From: Candidatus Goldiibacteriota bacterium
GTDB lineage: Bacteria; Oederibacteriota; JAAXVQ01
Direction of reading: 5' to 3'
Length of the DNA stretch: 55,534 bases
Assembly (NCBI GenBank): GCA_020052235.1
Contig: JAGVPM010000082.1
Coordinates: 1-55,534 of the forward strand
Shown: one piece after another, positions 46,904 to 55,534 of the stretch
How positions within the stretch are numbered: the first letter of the stretch is position 1
How the letters are laid out: each line of letters begins with the position of its first letter
Notes under the pieces: model-generated
The model's input: the letters and a program-made list of their open reading frames with translations, nothing else
The model's database searches: none
Told to the model about the DNA's origin: nothing
Made by a program: the position numbers and the translations under genes

Positions 46904-49139
46904 GGGGGGGACTGACCAGCGCATTTAAGCTGAACCCCGATGTGCTGCCGTCGGCATTGGTGGCCGTGGCACAAATATAATCCCCGTATTGCAGGCCCGT
47001 GCATGCAATAGCCCAATTGCCCGTGCCGCCGGCCGCGCCCTCGCCGACGCAACGCAGACTGCCGCCATTTACCCCCGCGCCCCGGTCGGAAACAAAAATT
47101 TGAATCCGGTCATTGTTGCCTGATGTGCCTTGAACCAAACTCAAGCCCGCGCTTTGAATGACCGGGACGGCTTTGCTTTCATTGGCTCCGCTCAGCAGTT
47201 GAATGCCTTGGCCCGAGAAGGCGCAAATGGTATTGGTCCAAAAGGAATTACGGATGCACGTGTTGTTGCCCACCGTGATGCCGTTGTTCGTACCAGCCAT
47301 AAGGTTGCCCGGTCCGCCCGCGGGTTGGCCAAAAAGATTATCCCTGGAGGTAGTGGTCACGAAAACCGCGTACGTAAAATTAGGCGTCGTGGGGACGCCG
47401 GTGGCCAGTACGCCAATCCAGTTGGCCGTGCAGGTGTTGTTGCTGCTGTTGCTGAGATAAATTCCCGAGAGTGTTCCGCCGGTGCCGCCACAAATGACAT
47501 TACCGCCCGATGAAGTGCCGCCGATGGTGGTGTACGCGGCATTGCCGATATAGAGGGCGTGCATTTGATTGGTTAAAAGTGAAGTCCCGGCCTGATTGGT
47601 GCCAAGGTAGTTGCCAAAAATCTGATTACCCGTGCCGCCGGTCAGGGCAATACCGTATTGCGTGTTTCCGGCAATCACATTGCGCGAGCCGGGATCCGGG
47701 CCTCCGATGGTGGTGTTCGTGCAATTGTTGGCATACAGCCCGGAATAACCGTTGGGCAAGGCGGCATTACCCGCGGCATTAAGCCCGATCCGGTTGCCTA
47801 AAATTTGATTGTCGCTCAACGGATTGGAAAAAAACCATTTATCCATGACAATGCCGTAGTTATTGTTTCCCGAGATCAGGTTGCCGAACTGTCCTCCGGT
47901 GTTGGCTCCTCCCACGCAATTGCCCCAGCCGCCGCCCAAATTGATCCCATTGCCGTTGGGCGCAGCCCCACTGCCGTCTACTAAGGTTCCGACGTAGTTT
48001 CCGGCCAGCGTGTTGCCATACCCATCTTCCAGGTAAATGCCATTATCCGTATTCCCGGATATAATGTTGCCCTGATTCGCATTACGGTCTCCGCCGATCA
48101 GATTGTTGCCGGCATGGTATAAATAAATGCCCGAACCATTCGGCCAAAGCGTATTGTCGGGGCCAATCCCCACATAATTATTTTGCACGGAATTCCAACG
48201 AGGCGTGGGCTCGCTGTTGACATTGCCCGAGAGGATGATGCCTTTGCCGGAATTGCGTCCCACAATATTTTCGCATCCGGTTGTGGTCAAGCCGATGAAA
48301 TTGCCTTTGGCGCCGTATAGCTCGATGCCTTTATAGTTGGCGGCCGCAGCACTCAAATCCGGTAGCATGCCCACGATATTACCGCAGACAGTATTGCCCC
48401 AGGCCGTGGAATCCACGTAAAACCCGCGGTCGCTATTGCCCCCGAGCACATTGCCTTCGCCGGCCAGGCGGTTGCCGCCGAACATCGTCTGGGTCGTTCC
48501 GTAATCAGCATCAATGCCGATGTTGTTGGCGATCACGCCCAGGCCCGTGGAGTTGATTCCAAAATAATTCCCGCGGATCGTGCAGCGGAAAACGCTCACG
48601 GTTTGCAAACCAATGGCATTGCCGGAGAAAATATTGCGCTCCGCCGGGGTAGTGCCGCCAACATCATTGAACGAACCATGCAGGGTCATCCCATAATAAT
48701 TGGTCAAGCCGCCGGTATCGTACCAGTCCGTGCCGAACCTGCAGCCGTATATACGGTTGCACGATGTGAAAACTTCCAGTCCAATGGCATCAAATCCCGA
48801 GGCAAGAATAAAAGCCAGACCGGTTACAGTGCTTCCTTGGCTGGCGCTCACCAAACGGAGCAGGTTGTTGCCGGAAAGCACCACCTGGCCGAAGCCGTCT
48901 AAAAGCAAAGGATCACTCACGGAAATCACCCCGCTGGTGATGGTGATGCACATAGGTCCTGAAAATATAATCGTATCCGGACCCAGGTTGGCGTTGGCCA
49001 AAGTGACTTGATCGCGCAAAGACCCGGCACCGCTGTCCGCATCCGTGGTGACCGTATATGTGGCGGCTTGCGCCGCCCACGCGCTCCCCAAACAAATCAT
49101 ACTCAAAAGCAGCAAACGCAACCCGGAGCTCATTTTCAT
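46878..49139 (-). CDS. Secreted parallel beta-helix (adhesin-like) protein, N-terminal part, frameshifted near its end
   Basis: Signal peptide, motif VTTDADSGAGSLR and repeated GN.IG.../N.ISGN. ATG 49139 has a GGAG RBS. Confidence 0.82.
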   Translation of the reverse strand: MKMSSGLRLLLLSMICLGSAWAAQAATYTVTTDADSGAGSLRDQVTLANANLGPDTIIFSGPMCITITSGVISVSDPLLLDGFGQVVLSGNNLLRLVSASQGSTVTGLAFILASGFDAIGLEVFTSCNRIYGCRFGTDWYDTGGLTNYYGMTLHGSFNDVGGTTPAERNIFSGNAIGLQTVSVFRCTIRGNYFGINSTGLGVIANNIGIDADYGTTQTMFGGNRLAGEGNVLGGNSDRGFYVDSTAWGNTVCGNIVGMLPDLSAAAANYKGIELYGAKGNFIGLTTTGCENIVGRNSGKGIILSGNVNSEPTPRWNSVQNNYVGIGPDNTLWPNGSGIYLYHAGNNLIGGDRNANQGNIISGNTDNGIYLEDGYGNTLAGNYVGTLVDGSGAAPNGNGINLGGGWGNCVGGANTGGQFGNLISGNNNYGIVMDKWFFSNPLSDNQILGNRIGLNAAGNAALPNGYSGLYANNCTNTTIGGPDPGSRNVIAGNTQYGIALTGGTGNQIFGNYLGTNQAGTSLLTNQMHALYIGNAAYTTIGGTSSGGNVICGGTGGTLSGIYLSNSSNNTCTANWIGVLATGVPTTPNFTYAVFVTTTSRDNLFGQPAGGPGNLMAGTNNGITVGNNTCIRNSFWTNTICAFSGQGIQLLSGANESKAVPVIQSAGLSLVQGTSGNNDRIQIFVSDRGAGVNGGSLRCVGEGAAGGTGNWAIACTGLQYGDYICATATNADGSTSGFSLNALVSPPHPQRPALP

Positions 49140-49308
49140 GGGCATCTCCATGCAATAAGTGGAATAGTGCCACACTCCCATAGTTTCGGGTTATGCCCGG
49201 GAAATATAAAGCGCCTTGCGGCTTGCCGCAGGGAGCAAGTGTATAGTAAACTGTTTCCAGACAGATCAGCAACCCATCCACCAGGAATGGTCAACACGGA
49301 GGAAACGT

Positions 49309-49515
49309 ATGCCGCAAAGAAACGGACAGAATCCCATCAGAATGGAAAAAACGTTCAAACAAGCGCGTAATAAATTTGTCCAAACAAACTCCGGTCAGAT
49401 CAGAACCGCAGGCATGATGCAATGCCCCGCCTGCAAGGCGGATGTACCCCCAAAACCGGGTTTCAGAATGCAGTCATTAAAATGCCCCAAGTGCGGGACT
49501 GCCATGCACAAGTAG
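49309..49515 (+). CDS. Small zinc-ribbon protein (68 aa)
   Basis: GGAGG RBS and CPAC...CPKC motifs. Confidence 0.65.
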   Translation: MPQRNGQNPIRMEKTFKQARNKFVQTNSGQIRTAGMMQCPACKADVPPKPGFRMQSLKCPKCGTAMHK

Positions 49516-49584
49516 CCCCAATGCGCTGCGCCTGTTACTTTTACTTGGGGTCAAACTACCATCAAAGGTAAAAGGAGGGTTTGC

Positions 49585-50130
49585 ATGGATACTATCTTAG
49601 GTTTGGTTTTTATATCTTTACTGGCTTTGGCTGGTAATGCCTGGAGTGTGGAAAATGAAAAACCGCTTTTAAAAGCGGGAGACGCGGCGCCTGAATTCTC
49701 TTTGCCGGATCCTAACGGCAATATGGCGACCCTTTCATCTTTCCGCGGACGTTATGTGGTGCTTTATTTCTACCCCAAGGATAATACGCCCGGGTGCACC
49801 CGCGAAGCATGCAGTTTCCGGGATCAGGAAAAAAGTTTTCAGGATTTAAATGCCGTGATCATTGGTGTTTCCCGTGATTCGGGCGAGAGTCATGCCGGGT
49901 TTGCAGCCAAATACGGTCTGCCCTTTCTTTTGCTGACCGATGCCTCCGGCGACATGATCAAACAATACGGAGTCTGGAAACCCAATTTTCTAACGGCCGC
50001 AGCCGGATTGGGGATTGAGCGCACGACTTTTCTAATTGATCCCAAGGGGAAAATAGCGCGCGTGTATCCCAAAGTGGATGTTAATGGGCATGTGGAACAA
50101 GTGCTGAATGATTTGCGTGCGGCCAAGTAA
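49585..50130 (+). CDS. bcp: Peroxiredoxin BCP/PrxQ with N-terminal signal-like extension
   Basis: Motifs YFYPKDNTPGCTREACSF and ERTTFLID. AGGAGG RBS. Confidence 0.92.
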   Translation: MDTILGLVFISLLALAGNAWSVENEKPLLKAGDAAPEFSLPDPNGNMATLSSFRGRYVVLYFYPKDNTPGCTREACSFRDQEKSFQDLNAVIIGVSRDSGESHAGFAAKYGLPFLLLTDASGDMIKQYGVWKPNFLTAAAGLGIERTTFLIDPKGKIARVYPKVDVNGHVEQVLNDLRAAK

Positions 50131-50147
50131 AAATCACCGGAGCATAA

Positions 50148-50183
50148 GCAAGCTACCCCGCTGTAAACAGCGGGGTAGCTTGC
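50148..50183. terminator. Perfect 17-bp inverted repeat between convergent genes
   Basis: GCAAGCTACCCCGCTGT-AA-ACAGCGGGGTAGCTTGC, with no clear U-tail. Confidence 0.55.
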
Positions 50184-50220
50184 AACCAACATCTAAAATT
50201 CTACTATATTTTTAATTACA

Positions 50221-51051
50221 TCATTCCGTTGCGCCTTGGGTCTCAAAGGGCACGGTCCAATTCCCAAAATCAGTGCCAAACACAATCTTACCTTTAACCC
50301 GGATATTAGCCTTGCCTTGGTTGGAAATTAAATTGGCCAGCATGCTCACGCCTTTGCCCAAGGGATTATCCATAGTCAAGGTCAGCGTTTTTTTATTCAT
50401 CGCCGACCATGAAGAATTTGAATCATTGCTCGTCAATACATAGTTTTTACCATTCATTATCATCGTGGCTTCCACGTTTTCAACGGTTACGGCAAAGGGG
50501 TTTTTATTTTCAATCCCCAGGCTGACGCTAAACTCCGAACCAAACGGCGATCCCTCGGTGCCTTCAAAACTAAAAACCGGAATTTCGGGTATGGCAAAAC
50601 GGCCGCTCATATCAAACGGCACAACGTTAAAAGGCAAATTGCCCTTTACCTTGATTTTTCCTCTAAACTTGGCCCAGTACCAGCGGGAGTTATTCTCCGT
50701 TACTGCATTCTTAACCAAAGCTTCCCAAGTCAGCAGAAAAGGCAATATAACTTCTTGAGTTTGGCCGGGCCGAAAATTCGTGATTTTATTATATCTCCCC
50801 GTGAGATATCCTGCCTGGTTATCCAAGTCCAAAGCATAGTCTATGCTCTCCACAGGAAGATCCATGGCCATAAGATTTTCAACTTCCATTTTCACTTGAA
50901 ATTGCAATCCATCCGCCGTAATTTCAATTGCTTTAAAATTTTTAAAAGTAATCTTGGGTTCCGCCGGCATTTGGGAAAGGGTGGCACAGCCGCTCAACCC
51001 AATACAGATCGCTGCCAGACTTGCGGTGTGTCTTAAAAATTTCAATTGCAT
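50221..51051 (-). CDS. LEA type 2 (tandem WHy domain) lipoprotein
   Basis: Lipobox LSGC and two repeats (VEN...L.V..IDYAL and IENKNPFAV). Confidence 0.8.
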   Translation of the reverse strand: MQLKFLRHTASLAAICIGLSGCATLSQMPAEPKITFKNFKAIEITADGLQFQVKMEVENLMAMDLPVESIDYALDLDNQAGYLTGRYNKITNFRPGQTQEVILPFLLTWEALVKNAVTENNSRWYWAKFRGKIKVKGNLPFNVVPFDMSGRFAIPEIPVFSFEGTEGSPFGSEFSVSLGIENKNPFAVTVENVEATMIMNGKNYVLTSNDSNSSWSAMNKKTLTLTMDNPLGKGVSMLANLISNQGKANIRVKGKIVFGTDFGNWTVPFETQGATE

Positions 51052-51289
51052 TGTTTTCTCCTTTAATAATCAAGATGGTAAAAATCAAAAATGCCGTTCA
51101 AATAGCCCGAATCCACCTCCTTTTTCAAACCGGTTTTACTTCCATTAGTGCGCAAAATAATGACCTCAAATATTCAGACAATTGGCACGAAAAATAATTG
51201 CACAAATTTTTCTAATTCAATGCAATCTTTTTTTCCATCCACGGTCTAATTCAGTGTGTTTTGATAAATATCATTTAGGAGGAATGCGC

Positions 51290-51514
51290 ATGAAAAAGAC
51301 AGGTTGGTTGCAAGCTGTTGTGTTGGTGGGGGCCTTGAGTATCGCGAGCCTGGCGGCAGCCCAGGGATTTTATGCCAGCACCCAGTCGAAAAAGTTTCAC
51401 ACCGAGCAGTGCCAGGCGGCCAAAAAAATCAAGCCCGAGACCTTGAAGGTGTTCAAGACCAAGCAGGAGGCGGAAACCGCCGGGTTTAAGGCGTGCAAAC
51501 GCTGCAAACCCTAA
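51290..51514 (+). CDS. Small secreted protein with Ada-like metal-binding domain
   Basis: AGGAGG RBS, signal peptide and SKKFH...C..A.KI...F....EA..AGF.ACKRCKP. Confidence 0.75.
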   Translation: MKKTGWLQAVVLVGALSIASLAAAQGFYASTQSKKFHTEQCQAAKKIKPETLKVFKTKQEAETAGFKACKRCKP

Positions 51515-51617
51515 GTTACGCAAGAAAAACGGGTACCGGTTGGCCTATACTTAACCCCGGCCGGTATCCGTGCATAACTGTAATCTGCCGACCCCATCAC
51601 TCTTTCTTGCCTGCACC

Positions 51618-52178
51618 TTATTCCCATTTAATTTCGGACAGGCAATATTGGTCGCCCCGCGCCATGCACTTGACATGGTTAACCGTGACGTTTTTCGCTC
51701 CTGATAGTGAAGCCAACGTAATGATCGCCGTGGAATTGGCTACATCATGGTGCAAAGGTATATTCGGAAAATCCGTAATCTTGAACAGCATGATTTTTTT
51801 TTCTTTTCTCTCAATTGTCACGGCCCCGGTATCCAGATACTGGCGCCAAGCCCGGGCGCTGCTGTTAATGATTAGTTCCATGCTTGTGAAAGAAATAAAA
51901 AGTTTGTAAATGCCGGTAAAATTCTTGCGGATCTCATATGCCACAGCGTCTTTTATCAGTTGCAGGTCGCCTTTGCCTAATATTTTGTCGGCAGTTAATA
52001 GAAAATTAAAATTCGCATGGTAATCAACCAAACTAATCGGCATAATCGGCTTGGAGAAAAGTGCGATCCGGTCTTTTTCACTCAAGGCTGCCTTGACTTG
52101 TTCAATGCCTTCCAGACCTTTGATTTTTTCGAAATATTCTAGCAAGTTCAGAAAAGACGTTCCTTTAATTTTGGCCAT
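51618..52178 (-). CDS. V4R/DUF2378-like protein, paralog of 11264-11824
   Basis: KIKGTSF...WRQYLDTG...HVKCMARGDQYCLSEIKW. Confidence 0.65.
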   Translation of the reverse strand: MAKIKGTSFLNLLEYFEKIKGLEGIEQVKAALSEKDRIALFSKPIMPISLVDYHANFNFLLTADKILGKGDLQLIKDAVAYEIRKNFTGIYKLFISFTSMELIINSSARAWRQYLDTGAVTIERKEKKIMLFKITDFPNIPLHHDVANSTAIITLASLSGAKNVTVNHVKCMARGDQYCLSEIKWE

Positions 52179-52227
52179 TCGCCTTCACCTCTCCCCGCAC
52201 GACTGACGGGCACGTTTTTCCCTTTTT

Positions 52228-53325
52228 TTATTTTCCGGTGTTTGCCAATTCGGTGCCGCACGCGGAACAAAACGGAAAGTGCAGAAAGTTGCGTTTCCCG
52301 CACTTGGGGCATTTGCCGAACAGCGGGAGGCCGCAAAACGCACAATGGTCCGGCGCTTCATCCAGCGTCCGGATTTCACCGGCCACCCCGACTTTGGGGT
52401 ACCATTTGTTGATTAAAAAATCACGCTCGCAGGAAGGACAGCTGTGCGACAGATACGCCTTGTGCGCAATATCGTCCTTAATTTTACTGACACGCTCTTT
52501 GGTGGACTCCTCCAGTTCGGCTTTCTTTTTTGCCAAATAACGATTGAGCTGCTTGACCACATAGTAGCCTATAAAAAGGGAGAGCGCGGCGCCGATCACC
52601 AGGCGGATGTAGCCGCCGAAACTGGGCAGGTAAGGCAGCAAACCCACAAAAAAACAATACAGTGAAAAAAGAATCATGCCCCATACCAAGGGCCAGAAGC
52701 GTGAATTGCGCCCACGCAAGAACAGGAACACACCAATAAGCAGCATCGGCAGCACAAAAGCCAACCGGATGAAAAAAATCTTCAGCCCGTAATGTTCCAT
52801 GGCCGTATTGTATTTTTGGCCCGCCGCCTGTTCCAAATTCCGCAATTTTTCCCGGATCGGCTTTCGCTGCTCTTGAAGCGCATTGATTTGCGCATTGACT
52901 TCGTCAATCTTAACCTGCCAGCTTTCCTGAATCTGGCGAAAACGATCCAGGGTTTTGGCCCGCAAACGCACTTCCGAATCCTCTTGGCTGGAACCAATGG
53001 TTGAACGGGCTTGGAGCCAATCACCGTAAGACTGCTTTTGCGATTCATACTGGCGTTCGGCTTTTTCCAACGAGGTTTGATACCTGCCTTTGGTATCCTC
53101 CAAGCTCTCTATTTGTTTGTTAAAACCAGCTTCACCCGCAGCCGTCTTCTGCAGGGCTTCTTTGTCCTGGTACGTTTCCTCCTGAGGCGCTTTCACCCAG
53201 TGATTGACATCGGAAAGAATTTTGTTGCCCAGCGCGCTTAAAAACCCGGCCAAAATCAACATGACCAGAAAAAGAACAAAACGGGACCATTTTTCAATCC
53301 GGGAAACAGAACCTTTATAGCTCAT
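52228..53325 (-). CDS. Membrane protein with coiled coil and double zinc ribbon
   Basis: One TM, long coiled coil, three TMs (PYLPSFGGY), then CPSC/CAFC/CPKC/CSAC. ATG 53325 has an AAGGAG RBS. Confidence 0.8.
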   Translation of the reverse strand: MSYKGSVSRIEKWSRFVLFLVMLILAGFLSALGNKILSDVNHWVKAPQEETYQDKEALQKTAAGEAGFNKQIESLEDTKGRYQTSLEKAERQYESQKQSYGDWLQARSTIGSSQEDSEVRLRAKTLDRFRQIQESWQVKIDEVNAQINALQEQRKPIREKLRNLEQAAGQKYNTAMEHYGLKIFFIRLAFVLPMLLIGVFLFLRGRNSRFWPLVWGMILFSLYCFFVGLLPYLPSFGGYIRLVIGAALSLFIGYYVVKQLNRYLAKKKAELEESTKERVSKIKDDIAHKAYLSHSCPSCERDFLINKWYPKVGVAGEIRTLDEAPDHCAFCGLPLFGKCPKCGKRNFLHFPFCSACGTELANTGK

Positions 53326-53478
53326 AGGGCTCCTTGGATACAAAGATCAATGTGATAAACAGGCTTATTATGTGGATAACCCGGAAAAAAACAATACAAA
53401 AAACCAACCCGAACTTACACAAATTCCGCAAATGCGCAGTGGCCTTCCCCCGAAATCACTATAAAATTCGCTGGAAAT

Positions 53479-53510
53479 AAAAAACCCTGCACCATATGGG
53501 GTGCAGGATT
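53479..53510 (-). terminator. Intrinsic terminator downstream of ilvC
   Basis: Minus-strand CCTGCACC-CCATAT-GGTGCAGG followed by GTTTTTT. Confidence 0.7.
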
Positions 53511-53559
53511 TTAAAGTAACGGTGTAGATTGTTGCCATTGACCGAAACAGGGGCTTTTT

Positions 53560-54660
53560 TTAATTCACTGTGCGGCCGCTGATGCCTTTTGTCCCTTTTG
53601 TAATTTCCTTGGCTTTTTCTTTTGGTCTCAGGGCGCGGACCGCTGCGCCTGTGCGCCACATTTCCGAATTATGAACCTCCGCAAGCTTCTTTTCCAAGAA
53701 CTGCTTGTAATCTTTACCGCCGCAATCGCGGATGACCTCGCGTGTTTCCTGCCCTGTTTTCACTGATTTATAAAGCTTCTCAAACACGGGCAGATTCGCC
53801 GTACGGAAAATCGGGCGCCACTTGAGCGCGCCGTGCTGCGCAGTCGCCGAGCAGTTCGAAAACATCCAGTCCATGCCATTTTCGTCGACCAGGCGGATGA
53901 GGCTCTGGGTGAGCTCTTCAACCGTCTCGTTAAAAGCCTCTGATGGCGAATGGCCATTTTTCCGCAGAACGTCGTACTGCGCCTGCATGACTCCCGCCAG
54001 CGCGCCCATGAGAATGCCGCGTTCGCCTGTCAGATCACTATAAACTTCCTGCTCAAATGTCGTGGGGAAAAGGTATCCCGAACCAATGGCAATTCCCACC
54101 GCGATGCAGCGTTCCTCTGCGCGCCCAGTATAATCCTGGAACACGGCAAAACTCGAATTGATGCCTGCGCCGGAAAGGAAATTGCGGCGTACGGACGTTC
54201 CGCTGCCCTTAGGGGCAACCAAGATTACGTCCACGTTTTTCGGCGGAATAACCTTCGTCTGTTCTTTGTAAACAATCGAAAACCCGTGGGAAAAATAAAG
54301 CGCATCCCCGTCCTTAAGGCTTTTCTTGATCGACGGCCATACTATCCGCTGTGCGGCATCGGAGACCAAAATTTGGATGATGGTCGCTCTTTGCACGGCT
54401 TCTTCAATGCCAAAAAGCGTTTTACCGGGAACCCATCCGTCTTTGACTGCCCGGTCCCAATCTTTTTTATATTCTTTGGACTGGCCAATGATGACATGAA
54501 TGCCATTGTCCTTCATGTTGAGCGCCTGTGCCGGACCTTGAACTCCGTAGCCAATGATCGCGACGGTTTCCTTTGCCAGGACTTTACGCGCTTTGGTAAG
54601 GGGGAATTCCTTCCGGGTAACAATTTTCTCTTTCTTTCCGCCAAAATCGATGATTGCCAT
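53560..54660 (-). CDS. ilvC: Ketol-acid reductoisomerase
   Basis: Motifs IGYGVQG, FSHGF, VAPKGSG, SDLTGERG and CSATAQ.GA. Confidence 0.96.
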   Translation of the reverse strand: MAIIDFGGKKEKIVTRKEFPLTKARKVLAKETVAIIGYGVQGPAQALNMKDNGIHVIIGQSKEYKKDWDRAVKDGWVPGKTLFGIEEAVQRATIIQILVSDAAQRIVWPSIKKSLKDGDALYFSHGFSIVYKEQTKVIPPKNVDVILVAPKGSGTSVRRNFLSGAGINSSFAVFQDYTGRAEERCIAVGIAIGSGYLFPTTFEQEVYSDLTGERGILMGALAGVMQAQYDVLRKNGHSPSEAFNETVEELTQSLIRLVDENGMDWMFSNCSATAQHGALKWRPIFRTANLPVFEKLYKSVKTGQETREVIRDCGGKDYKQFLEKKLAEVHNSEMWRTGAAVRALRPKEKAKEITKGTKGISGRTVN

Positions 54661-54915
54661 GCCAATGCTCCTTTTTGATAAATGATAATTGAGCGAGCCG
54701 TGCCCGCCGCCTATAGGAATTTGCCTTTCGGAAGCAACCTATTCATAACGGCTAAAAACATATCACGCCTGACAAAAAATCTCAATGGCTTTATATCGCA
54801 CCAATTCGCAAAAATACGTTTTATAGAAATTTATTTGCAAACTCCAAAAAACTATGTAAAATGGAATTACATATACCAGATTACATAAACCGCCAAAAAA
54901 AATCTCTCCCTTTTT

Positions 54916-55092
54916 CGCACGGCACGGATTACCCGCGCCATGTTCACGGGGTTAAAATTATTTTTAAAAGATTATCCCATGGCCAAAGCATTTTTGATTT
55001 ACGGGGGCAAACGCCGGATGCGCGAGGGCGCCATTGACATAGTGCCTTTGGAAGAAACATTAAAAACCCTTCCGCAATTACTCCAAGGATGA
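54916..55092 (+). pseudogene. C-terminal remnant of an AAA/DUF4143 ATP-binding protein
   Basis: Manual translation gives RTARITRAMFTGLKLFLKDYPMAKAFLIYGGKRRMREGAIDIVPLEETLKTLPQLLQG*. An in-frame stop lies upstream at 54886, so the N-terminus is missing. Confidence 0.55.
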
Positions 55093-55190
55093 ACCACCAA
55101 GGCAATGTGTAGATTGTTTCACCTTCAACTTCTTTACCGTTGGATTTTGGCTGTATAATGAAGCAGTTGAAAAACTAACTGCCTATCCGC

Positions 55191-55330
55191 GAGACTGTGT
55201 CGTAACGCGAAAAACTAGATTGCCGCGCTCCCTACGGTCGCTCGCAATGACAGCATTAAAGGTTTTTCAGTCATTGCGAGAAGCGTAAGCGGCGAAGCAA
55301 TCTCTATTTTTTGCGTTGTGACACACTCTC
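55191..55330. mobile_element. MITE-like nested palindromic element (140 bp)
   Basis: Outer arms GAGACTGTGTCGTAACGCGAAAAA / TTTTTTGCGTTGTGACACACTCTC and inner arms AGATTGC..CTCGCAATGAC / GTCATTGCGAG..GCAATCT. Confidence 0.6.
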
Positions 55331-55446
55331 CGTTAGGGGAGGAAACACCCATGACTTTCATCACTAATTTAAAAATCGGATTTTTACGCATGTTTGGAGA
55401 TATAAAAATATTCAAATGGCCCATGTTTATTCTCTATGACCCGGGA

Positions 55447-55534
55447 TGCGCATTCCGCTCAAGACGGCCACCTATTCCGATGCATGGCGGCCACCCTCCC
55501 ACCGAACAAAATCTCAACGATCAAAATATAACAC
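55447..55534. mobile_element. Terminus of an IS21-family insertion sequence, running off the window
   Basis: Starts with TG, followed by two tandem repeats ATTCCG..CGGCCACC (55452-55472 and 55474-55495), the typical architecture of IS21 ends. Confidence 0.65.

Noticed and set aside
46270-47052. Independent 260-aa gene as listed in the ORF track
   Set aside because: Its first ~48 aa are an off-frame read of the upstream gene with no signal peptide. It is better explained as the frameshifted tail.
55215-55424. 69-aa minus-strand ORF
   Set aside because: It reads through the palindromic element and is most likely spurious.

Overview
Chromosomal fragment of a diderm bacterium with moderately high GC. 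The TonB/ExbBD system, PorV/PorQ-type barrel and T9SS-like C-terminal domains suggest a candidate phylum such as FCPU426, which is an inference only. Most genes lie on the minus strand. From left to right the window holds: (1) a truncated AT-rich Fic gene; (2) a BioD/DRTGG gene and a B12-dependent methionine synthase core; (3) about 13 kb of accessory genes (TPR protein, sensor kinase, hydrolase, beta-helix lipoprotein, V4R-type protein, HxlR with nitroreductase, ExbB-ExbD-TonB-TBDR); (4) a housekeeping run (MetH activation domain, dcd, pepA, rsmA, pdxA, DUF1848, pfkA); (5) a co-directional envelope/signalling block (SpoIIE, STAS, YncE-like, comEC, DUF192, TPR lipoprotein, atypical class III cyclase, a 2968-aa giant modular protein, PorV/PorQ-OmpA fusion); (6) two secreted CTD-bearing proteins, one split by a frameshift in a C7 tract; (7) bcp, LEA2, a second V4R paralog and ilvC; (8) mobile-element debris ending in an IS21-type terminus. 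The best candidate for an undescribed system is the giant exported protein and its neighbours. It has a ChaN/TIKI-like N-domain, Cys-His-Asp and methyltransferase-like cargo, and a duplicated TM-RAP-HExxE module. No rRNA, tRNA or CRISPR array was seen. All domain calls come from motif recognition by eye, not from database searches.
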